This document shows, one piece after another, positions 13,464 to 23,400 of a stretch of 64,000 nucleotides of DNA; the first letter of the stretch is position 1; each line of letters opens with the position of its first letter. Origin of the DNA: Styela clava (taxonomy: Eukaryota); contig NC_135261.1 of the NCBI RefSeq assembly GCF_964204865.1, positions 18,910,001 to 18,974,000 on the forward strand, written 5' to 3'. The position numbers and the translations under genes are program-made. The notes below the pieces were generated by a model. It did no database searches. It worked only from the letters and a program-made list of their open reading frames with translations, and was not told the origin of the DNA.

Positions 13464-13958
13464 AATGATTTTTGTTGCTGCAGTTTTTATTTCACAATAT
13501 TGTACTATTATAATGTTGGGATCTAGTAAAACGTTAAACACACATAAATTACTACAAGTTACAAAAATCAGTTATTACGTTTTGGAGGTTTTTAATATTT
13601 CAATAAAATTGTTAGGTAAAACCTTGTCACAAATGGATTCCTGTTTAGTAGAAAAACAGCATAACGTTTTGCTTGCAGGCAACTCTAATCTGCTAGGATT
13701 GCGTGAAAGTCAACGTTTATATAGCATGTACATCGATCGAGTTTGGACTTGTTTGCCGCCGCTGCAAAAAATGTAGAAAAAAGTTTGCACGCAGCTCAGG
13801 CAAATCGCTAAAAACAATAATTTTCCAAAAAAGGGCAGTTTTTAAAGCATCAAAACAATTCTATTCGTGTTAAAAAATACTAAAAACCTTGAGACCGCGA
13901 TCTCTTTCTGTTTAATCTACAGTGATAATATAGTGAATATAACGTGATCGTTCACTGG

Positions 13959-14122
13959 ATCATACTTGATTGCTCATCCAGTGGTGGGAATCCGCCGGTT
14001 CGCACCGGTCTTATAGAACCGTCCCACGGAATTTCATGCGATCATACTTGATTGCTCATCCAGTGGTGGGATTCCGCCGGTTCGCACCGGTTCTATAGAA
14101 CCGTCCCGCGGAATTTTACGCG
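13959..14122 (+). repeat. 82-bp tandem duplication including the left end of a CAGTGGTGGGATTC hAT MITE
   Basis: ATCATACTTGATTGCTCATCCAGTGGTGGGA(A/T)TCCGCCGGTTCGCACCGG... occurs at 13959 and 14041; end resembles the 1395-1508 MITE. Confidence 0.85.
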
Positions 14123-15299
14123 AGCAGCGAACCGGTTAGCATTACTGGTTACTGTCAATCAATTTTTGCATCTTATCTGAAACACCTATTTTTGAGATCA
14201 AGAAGCTGACGTGTTTCTTTCAAAATGTGAAATGATCAAGTTTGCACGTAACAGTTATACATTGTGTTAATTTTGTCTAGTCCTAGTCTTGAAAAGGTGT
14301 TCTGTCGCTGTTCAATCTACAATGATATTATAGTTACTATATACGTATAGCGTGATCTTTTACTGGTTCATACTTGAGTGAACCTGTTACGTTTCAACAG
14401 TGGATCACAATGTTCTTTCTCGAAATATTCAAACCAACCAAAATAAAGCAACGATATTTTATTCTCAGCACCTAGACACACCTTTATCGGCAATTACCGT
14501 TTATCAGCACTTACCGGTATATTTGATCTATTTCTCAATAATATTGTTTGTTAATATTTCAACGTTTTTGGGGACAGGACACTTCTCAATAACCGAGCTT
14601 ACTAATTTATCCATACGGCGGATTTTTTGCCGAGTTAAACTGCAATAAATTTATAATACAAGTTGTACAGTCTTAATAATCTGTGAACTTCAAACTTATT
14701 TTCACTGTACACCTATGAACGGTTAAATTTTCGTGCTTCCGCGGTTGACACGGCTCATTATGTCGAACAGTCGACCTGTATCTTATTATGCGATTGAGTT
14801 TATTTGACACTGTGGTTCAACTGATCTTCCAATAAAAGTATGTTATAAAATTATTATTAATTTTATTATACGTAACTTCATATTATTACCACTTGACGTA
14901 TATGTCTAAATATTCCAGCCATACTTACCCTAAATTCTCCTTTTTAATTTATATTCATTATTTTTCCTAATTTATGTTTCTTTTAAAGCTTCCTAAATTT
15001 GCTGTTTCTTACGTCTGGAAAAAGGGCAGAGGTAATCAATTTTTCTGATCTGATAAAAGTGCAATATTGGCAGATAAAAACAATTATTCCATGCTTACAC
15101 ACGCACTACAAACTTTTCCCAATTTGTAATGGATGTACGTCAAACACATACATAAAAGTCCGTATTCGATTTCAACCTTTTGGCGGACAGGACACTTCCC
15201 AATACCCGAGCTTACTAATTTATCCATACTGCGGATTTTTTACCTTATTAAATCAACTTTCAACATGGAAAATAAAAACTAATTTCATATTAATCACAT

Positions 15300-15447
15300 A
15301 ATATTCACATTACATTCAATAACATGCTTCAACTATCTCGAGAAAAATGAATATATATGCATGTAAGTAGGAGGGCGCATTGATGGTCCTATCTGCGCGA
15401 CATTACCTCAGTACTAATTTAACGTACTTTAGCGCAGTATACCCCAA
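15300..15447 (-). repeat. Right arm of a long inverted repeat (partner 731-875)
   Basis: Reverse complement reads TTGGGGTATACTGCGCTAAAGTACGTTAAATTAGTACTGAGGTAA...TTTTTCTCGAGATAGTTGAAGCATGTTATTGAATGTAATGTGAAT. Confidence 0.9.
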
Positions 15448-16526
15448 CTGACTTCTTCAAAGGTCAATAACCAAATATTCGTATATATATTGTAAAGTTG
15501 CACAATCGAATTAATCCAAATAACAGATAACGAAAAAAAAAAGCGCAATGAAAATATATGTGATGAAATCAAATTTCTAACTAACAGAGAACGATGAAAC
15601 AAAGACGATCAGCACTCTCGCTAGACTGATTACGTTATCAACGTTTTCGCATAAAACGTTGTACAAAAAAAATGAAAAATATCATAAAGGAAAGGAATTG
15701 GGGCATCGACTCCGTTTCAGACAAATGAAGGTTTTGTACGGCTGGGCAATGTATATATGCAACTGTGGCAGTAGGAAAATAGTGTAGGCAAAACGGTAAA
15801 ATTGGTAAATGTTTGACTTCAAATAATTTTATTGCAGTACATTGCCAGTAACCCTGGCCTCCCCCACGCAGAAGGGCTAAAGCAGTACTCATGAAAATAA
15901 AAACAAATGATATTAATCTTAAGAAATGAATTGAGCATGTAATAAAAGTAAAACACGTCAATATAAAAAAGCTCATCTAACTAGGCCACTTCGCCTTTTT
16001 GAATCAAAGCCAGTCTCGGCCAACTCGCCGAGCTAGAAGCACAGAAAAAAAACAGACGAAAATAAACGAAGCTAAAATTGATGAGCTGGTCAACTCGGCA
16101 ATGAGTTCTAGAGATGAAAATGTAAATGACGGAATAATAGTTACCGCTCGTCTTTTACTATCGACGAGAGTGCGTTGAAATGTGTAAAAGATTTGTATGA
16201 AATGCAAAGATAATTTATCAAAATTATAATCCGGTGACATATGGCAAAAGCTGCAAATTCAAATTGGTATAACGGAGGCGAGCGGTATAAACTAATATAT
16301 ATATATGTCTAAATGGAATATATGGTGGTTGCCGAGCGTGGATTTGTGAGGCAAGTGGTAGGAAGGGGAATAAAATACAACTAAACAAAATTTAGAGCCA
16401 CGGGATCAGTGGACTTATTTAGTGAGCAAAGGGGTCTAACGACCTCGAAAAACCACTAGTGGGAATCAACCGGGTGGGTGACCAGTTAAGTTATAAAACA
16501 TTCCCTCAATTGCACAAACACACACT

Positions 16527-17514
16527 AATCAATCAATCGTTTATTTGTCATCACAAAAACAAGTGCAAATAAAAATCATGCAATGAATAACTAACTATAC
16601 AGTCCTAATTATGTTATTTGTGTGACCGGGGTCGCAAGGCACCTGAGATGGTCTTCAAGCAGAGACACCTACGGCGCTGTTACAGGTTAGCATAAAAAGT
16701 AACATAAATGAAAGATAAATTATATAAATCCCATGAATGAGTCAACAACTGATGCAAATACAGTTGCGATATTATAAATATTTGAGATTATGACACAGGG
16801 TAAAACTAGGAATATGTAACTATCTCGGAATAAATACTAATAAGAATGCGAAGAAAGCAGAATAAAAATACAAAAAAAATATGGAAAAAGCAAATTTGGC
16901 GAAATATACAACTAAAAACCAGGCAATGCAAGCACAAACACAAAAATATTTATAACAGATGCAATTTGGAGACTCATACAACAAATGCAAAAATTGATAG
17001 TCTGATGAAGGTTACAAACAAACTAATATATCTATATAATGTCCGCAATAAAGAGATAAGACGGTCAAATCATTTGAAAAATAGCAAACGTAGATTGAGA
17101 GCAATAAACTAAGGAAGGAGAAGAAAATTGAAGAAAAAGTAGAATACAGTGTCGGGAAAGAGTGTGAGTTCAAATTAACGACACTGTCAGGAAGTCCACA
17201 CCAGGCCCTCCAGACGTGATTGGAACCCCGGATGAAGTTCCTGACTCTGATACAGTAGACCGCCGTAGCGACCTCTCCGGTCACACCCAAAACACGAGGA
17301 GAAGTCTGGTTCCCAACTGCCTAACTGCTCAGAGAATCAACCAAAAATGCGTGGAACACCACCACCAGAGGCATGAGCAATGGTGCGACATAACTCTCCA
17401 TTCTTTGAGAGCTTCCGACGGGCCGCGTCATCTATGGCAGCCTCACCGTTGTCGAATAGGCACACCACATGGAGTACTACGACCCAATTCGCCGCGATTT
17501 CTCCAAGAACCAGA
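16527..17514 (-). mobile_element. 3' fragment of a CR1/L2-clade LINE
   Basis: Minus strand ends AATAAACGATTGATTGATT (L2-type microsatellite tail); peptide RVRNFIRGSNHVWRAWCGLPDSVVNLNSHSF resembles the CR1/L2 ORF2 C-terminal W-N-x-L-P-x-x-V-V region. Confidence 0.55.
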
Positions 17515-17592
17515 AGAAGGGCCGTGGTTCGCCAATATGATTAAGACGGTTTAACAAATTTCTTCTTCTATTGAATAAATAAAGCCTATCCC
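17515..17592 (+). mobile_element. SINE 3' fragment (same family)
   Basis: GGCCGTGGTTCGCCAATATGATTAAGACGG...CCTATCC. Confidence 0.55.
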
Positions 17593-17822
17593 AATTGTGT
17601 TGCTATATCGTGAAAAGACATGGATTGATCCAGTAATGACCAACGATTATATGGATTCGAGTTGACATCTGTATGTAATCTCGTGGGATTCTGTGTGTTA
17701 AATATCATGAGATCATATTTATCAAATATATTTACAAGGCGGTTACTTAGAGTATTATTGATTCTACTTCCCAGTGAATGGTGGTAGCAATTAAAATCTC
17801 CTAATATTAAACGAAGAATGGA
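17593..17822 (-). mobile_element. LINE apurinic endonuclease (APE) domain fragment
   Basis: LILGDFNCYHHSLGS...LMIFNTQNPTRLH...WSLLD carries the GDFN, PTR and S-x-L-D motifs of non-LTR endonucleases. Confidence 0.75.
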
Positions 17823-17827
17823 ATGAT

Positions 17828-18216
17828 GCAATTGTACGTGGGTGTAAATGTACGCGGGTGCAAAAGTACGTGGGTGCAAATGTACGTCGGTGCAGAAGTA
17901 CGTGGGTGCAAATGTTCGCGGGTGCAATTGTACGTGGGTGTAAATGTACGCGGGTGCATAAGTACGCGGGTGCAAATGTACGTCGGTGCAGAAGTACGTG
18001 AGAGCAAATGTACGCGGGTGCAAATGTATGCGGGTTTAAATGAGCGCGGGTGCAAATGTCCACGGGTGCAAATGTACCGGTGCCGGTTGTAAATGTCCGT
18101 GAGTGCAAACGTTTATGGTTGAAAATGTTTATGAGTGCAATCTGTATGTGGGTGCAAAAATTTGCGGATGCAAATGTATGGGTACAATTGTCCTGGGTGC
18201 AAATGTACGAGTGTTC
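17828..18216. repeat. 16-bp minisatellite (TACGYGGGTGCAAATG) with a 96-bp higher-order repeat
   Basis: About 24 units, degenerating rightwards; variant order CAATTG/TAAATG/CAAAAG/CAAATG/CAGAAG/CAAATG repeated twice. Confidence 0.9.
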
Positions 18217-18477
18217 AAAGATAATGGAACCGTGACATACATGCATCATTTTTTCGTGGTTGAGATAAAGGCTGCTGACGAGGAATGAGACTGTTCACAA
18301 CATTTTAAGAGAAATGTTCATTCTTTGTACTATGGGCATATGGGAATATGACGACATTTCTTGCTTCAGAATACAGACTAATTTTTGTTGTGCCATAATC
18401 GACTGGTTTTTTGTTTTCATTTTTTAAGCCCCCATACCCTGCAATTTTAACTGCAATTCGGTCATTTATTGGCACAA

Positions 18478-19628
18478 AGGGAGGAATTAAGCCACTTTGG
18501 TGCCCTAAGCACTGAAGACTTTGATGTCCCCTCATGTTTAATTTAATTATAAAAACAATAAACCACATAGGAGTATTATCCATTAAAAATAATCACAAGC
18601 AGCAGTAAATAAAATAACTTTTACGAACATTTTTAGGTTTTTTAACTGGTCTATATAGCCGATATATATATCGCCATTTACTGCCGATATGAAATAGTGA
18701 CAAATATTACTTGAAATCAAACCAGACACTTTGTGATGGGCAGGGAAATACGTTTTCGCCGTGTTTTTCCTCATGTCACCTTTCTTGCGATACTCATTTT
18801 ATTACGAATTGTTATATTGAGTAATTTAAAAACTTGCAGCGTGAGCAAGCTTAGTGCCATCGTCAAATACCAACCAAGTCTGTCTAAGTTGGTATTTCGG
18901 GACCTAGCTAAAAAAAAAACTGGATTTCGCGGCGTTAAGTCGGCTCTGCGTTTCGTCACTACTATCACATGGCCGACGCTTAAAAACAGAGGAGTGTTTA
19001 TACTAAAATAAAGGCACGAAGCGTTAGAAAAAGGGTTTGAATCTCGGGACCTTAACCCCAGTTGGAATAGATAAAAAAAACTTAAATACGTTCCTCCATT
19101 AGATACAAATATACGCCAAAATTGTTCGGTGAGCCGCACGGAATGTATCAGCATGACAGGGTTCGGACCATCCTGGTCTACCCGTAAATATATACTACTA
19201 CGGTCTACCTTATCAAAAAAACTCCCGATTTCGCTGACCACTAGATCGTTGAAATGCGATCGTGGAACTGCCACATAGTGTAAATAATTCATTGGTCCAT
19301 TAGTTGAAGAGAAAAGAAATTTTTTTAAAACAAAAATGCAGCAACAAGGCGAATACTAGAAAGTAAGAAAAAATTTAAGAAAACGACTCACAGGCCCATT
19401 TCGTGTATAAAAAAAAAGTTTCAGTGTTTATTTTCAATAATATGGGTAATATGATACTAGAAGACGAAAAATAAGCGAACATTTTGAAGTTTAAGTCGTC
19501 TGGTGAACTCGTAATATTTTAATAAACACCGATAAACTATATATAATTCTGCTCTAAAATTTCTGTGGTGCCCCTCTTTGCTTGGTGCCCTAAGCACGTG
19601 CTTATATTGTTTTGGTTAATCCGACGCT
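18478..19628. mobile_element. Degenerate non-autonomous DNA transposon
   Basis: GGAATTAAG...TTGGTGCCCTAAGCAC at the left; TTGGTGCCCTAAGCAC...GGTTAATCCGACGC at the right; boundaries approximate. Confidence 0.4.
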
Positions 19629-19754
19629 TTAGCACTATAGCATACTTCATATTTGTGATATCCTCTATATTGTGCACTTGGAGAAAACAGTTTTGCAGCA
19701 ATGCAGATTTGCAAAAAAAAGTCGTGCAAATAAAATATTTGCGATTTTGCGAGA

Positions 19755-20070
19755 ATGTAGTTTGGCTCGGCGTTTGTGGCGCATCGAATAAGTTGCCTCA
19801 GCACTTCTTATTAGCCTGCGTGGATTCGCTGGTTTGAATTCCGTGGGGAATAATTATGTGCGAGAGGGTTGCTGGATTCTTTGCCACAGGTCGGTTACGG
19901 CTTGTTCCACAATCAAATCCATGCATCTGAAAACAAAATAACTGGCTACCTGTAACCAATCCCGTACCCGACATGGAGTGGTAACCGTACGATAGGCCGT
20001 GGTTCCCCATATGCTTAAGCCGTCATAACGCCTTTCCTTTCCCTCGGGCTAAATATGTGAATCTTATCAT
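19755..20070 (+). mobile_element. tRNA-derived SINE, near full length
   Basis: B-box-like GGTTTGAATTCC near 19831; body ...CCCGACATGGAGTGGTAACC...GGCCGTGGTT... shared with 17515-17592, 35965-36175, 43015-43140 and 49510-49725(-). Confidence 0.7.
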
Positions 20071-20446
20071 GAGCGTAAATGAAAAGGTTTTTGCGAGAAC
20101 GAATTTAATGCAATGGAGTTTTGCAAGAATAGACTTCTTGCAGAATTTTTTTTTTTTGAAGAATGGGGTTATTACTTTAATCAAAATGCAGTAATTCTAA
20201 TTTACTTTGATCCGGTAATTATAAATGTTGTCGTATGTTTTTACAATTTTATTCATGAAAAATCTGATACTTTCAGTTCAATTTCAAATAAAAGTCTGTT
20301 CTCATTCTCGCCAAACAACTCACTAACATCAATCGCAAAAAAATTGTTCTCGCAAACATAAAATATCGAAAAGACTTGTTGGGGTTGTTCAGTCTGCAAA
20401 TGCAAAAGCGCCCTGTACGCTGACACATGACACAGTTTCCCCAAAC

Positions 20447-23400
20447 ATGGCGACGTCGGATGGGGTTGTGGAAGAGAAATCGACTAAGTGGGCAGAAGGT
20501 GAGCTCAATCGGAAAATACTGATTATTTATCTTAACTTGGTACTACTTGGTATAATTGCCATCTTTCAGTCTTTGCATGTAGTCCAGATAAGGGAAGGAG
20601 AAACCAGCAATACTGGCACTTTCATTGTGTTAAGACTGTAAGATGATATAAAAAGTAGGCCTAGGTATAGGCTATACCGGTGTATGTATGATTTGTATCA
20701 CAGTATCATCAAATCATGCTAAATCCTGAAATCTGTGAATGCAACCTTCAAACATTGCTGAAGCTGCAGACGGCCTTCCTCCGTAATCATTCTCTCATTG
20801 CAATCAACGGCGCATGTTCACCAAACGCCGTAAGTACTTCTAGTTGGCGTGGCACAAACATTTTTGCATATGTCATCCCTAACCCCCACCTGGCTACGCC
20901 ATTCAAAAATTATGTTACTCTGACATCACAATCACACCATATAGCTTGCCAACGAAAAGCTACGATCGCCCAAAAAGGCATCTCCGCCGACGATAACGAA
21001 CTCGCTAATGCAGTACTGCTCACTGTATAGATCGGTGACATTGTCTCGTTTCAGAGAAACCTATTTTACTGATGATCAGATACACCTCTTTTGGGAGACG
21101 TCTGGACATTGATGTCCCTCAATATCGGTAATAATACAGTATAATGAAATTGCGCAAAATACTACAAAAAAGCGCACTATAATAACGTCATCATTGAATT
21201 CCTCGCGAAAAAATAATCCGATTCACCGAAGGAAAAATTTTTTTATTGTGGCATGCGAGAGTTTTTAGCAAAAAACGGCAAGTTTGGTCATGTGACAGCC
21301 GCGATTAATTCAGATTATTATTGAGACAAGCATGGCGCGATATGAAGCATCTGGTGTGGTGCCAGACGCCCCTTGTTTGTGAGACACATGGAGTGTTTGT
21401 TTTATTGAGATGAAATGAAGGGAAATTCTTGGAATTTAGATAGTGTGCTGTAATGCAGTAATGCCAGCGATCTTACATACAAATATGTAACTCCTATCTC
21501 CCTCATATCGGGATCGTTACGACGAGAGAAATAGCTTGCTTGATTTCTAGGGTTCATCTGCACGTTTTGGACGATAATCTGTATACTTCGTCACTGTGAC
21601 GTTGTAGTGATGTAATTTTTGAATGGCATGGCCCATGGTTAGGTGGATGTTAGAAATGACATATGCGAAAATGGTCATGCCACGCCGACTAGAACTACTT
21701 GGCGGCGTTTTGTGAACTATCCCCCCTACTGCCCTACATCAATGCTAGCTAGTTCTCTGCAACATGCTTTTTGACAATGTAATCATGAGTATTTCGGAAA
21801 ACATTAGGAGACAAAATATCACTTGAACACTTCTGCACTTAGAATATTGGCAATTGGGATTCTTACTGTCTTATTTATTTTATTTTTACTACTTTCATTC
21901 TGGACATCTCGCGTGTTTTGCGTCTTTGGATGAACCTTTTCTGTTAAAACTTAAAATGGTTGAAAAAATCGAAGATGGACTTGTGTGGTTAGCACAGTGG
22001 CTTCACCATATATGCATTAAAAGTTATTGAATCAAAAACATAATTACATTCTAATTTTGAGTAACTAGTAACTTGTTGGAACAAATGGATACTTGGATAT
22101 TTTTTAAACCATGTGACGAAATTGGTAATTTATGTGCAAGAATAGATATCCCATCAAATTATTATTTAAATAATAATTTATAATCATTTTTGTATTCGAA
22201 AGCTGCACGAAAATTTGTCATGTCTGACTAGTGCTTTGTTTTCTTCTGAACACGAATTACAAAACTAATATATAGTGTATAGTATTACCAAATTTTCAAA
22301 TAATCCAATTTTATTTGACAGTCGTAATGCAGACTTCAGAAGTCCAAAATAACAGTTTCACTGATTATGAGAATGTGGAGATTTTCATGGACATAAAGGA
22401 ACCTGAATGGCTGGTAAATTTACTGAAGTTTATGCTTTTACTATTTCTGAAATATCTTCTATGTTGATTTTTATGCAATGATGTGAAGATCTAATCAAAG
22501 GTGAAAGACTTGAAAGAATGAAAAAAAATGGTATTCTGTACAGCACATTTCTCTGATTTCTAGGACAACCCCTCTATTTAATTACATCAATCTAAAAATA
22601 TCTAAAAGCGCAATCCAAAAATATCCCCATTGGACTACTTGGAAAAATGATACCAATTCTGATTTATCAGACGAAGACATTTTTACAAGACATTGAACAG
22701 ACATTCAAAAATTTTCAACAAAATGCAGTCGGTGGGAATGAATTTTAGTCTAGTGATGCTATTTGCAAAACATGGCGAACACTCTCGTTTCCAAACGAAT
22801 AAAGTGTTTATTTTATTGATCCAAATATCGGGACATCTTGGGATTGGAGACTGTGCCCTGCTGTTCTTTTTTTATAATCCCAATTTATGTTTATTAAATT
22901 CAGTCTTCATCAGATGAAGATGAAAATGCGGTTGCAAAACAACGGATGTCCAAGACTCTTGATGTCACTCCAAGAAAGGATAATAATTCCGTTGTAAGAA
23001 TTGATTTGTAAATAATGTTTCTCCTTGTCCCAGTGCAACTAAATTTTGCTCATGCCACATTTCCAGATTAGAAAAATATTGCAGATTTGTAATTTTCAAA
23101 TCTTTACAACCAAACCTAAAAATGGACATATAGCACTATTCAAAATGAAAACAGGTATAAGCTAGCTTTAAATACCAGACCAAAAGAGGACCTGCTTCGG
23201 CCGCAATCGACTAAAATCTTCAAAATAGCTCGAAATCTACTGATCGGTAGGTAATAAGGTCATACACAAAAATGAATGAGTACTGTATATGCAGATAACT
23301 GCACACACGCATACAAAAAGTTCCGCCCCTGCCAATAGGCTCAGCTTTCTGAACTGTGGGCGTATTCCTAAAAAAAAAACTTTGTATTTTTATGTTCCAT

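Larger units (their letters stand above)
10190..15170. repeat. Tandem segmental duplication, copy B
   Basis: Same orientation as copy A; contains the second copy of the secreted-protein gene with its upstream and downstream flanks. Confidence 0.9.

Noticed and set aside
13396-13776. 126-aa plus-strand ORF
   Set aside because: Antisense shadow of exon 1 and promoter of copy B; frame not preserved in copy A
731-15447. Polinton/Maverick interpretation of the 14.7-kb inverted-repeat-bounded unit
   Set aside because: Size fits, but there are no AG-repeat termini and no remnants of pPolB, integrase, ATPase or capsid genes
16015-16036. Hairpin CTCGGC-N6-GCCGAG followed by CTAG, resembling a Helitron 3' end
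   Set aside because: No spacer between hairpin and CTAG, next base is not T, and no 5' TC end was identified
17002-17030. Other CTGATGA motifs (also ~9525 and ~21069) as possible hammerheads
   Set aside because: No properly placed stem II, GAAA core or closing stems
17586-18288. Multiple overlapping 60-150-aa ORFs with His/Pro/Thr/Cys repeats; also a possible CRISPR-like array
   Set aside because: They are translations of a 16-bp minisatellite open in several frames; no unique spacers or cas genes, and the context is eukaryotic
18771-19292. 173-aa minus-strand ORF
   Set aside because: No recognisable domain or splice structure; lies in repeat-derived DNA
23067-23154. Open phase 0-to-1 segment (IRKILQICNF...) with AG/GT ends that could replace exon 4
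   Set aside because: Composition is unlike the surrounding disordered protein and the donor is weak; 24296-24380 fits better; needs RNA evidence
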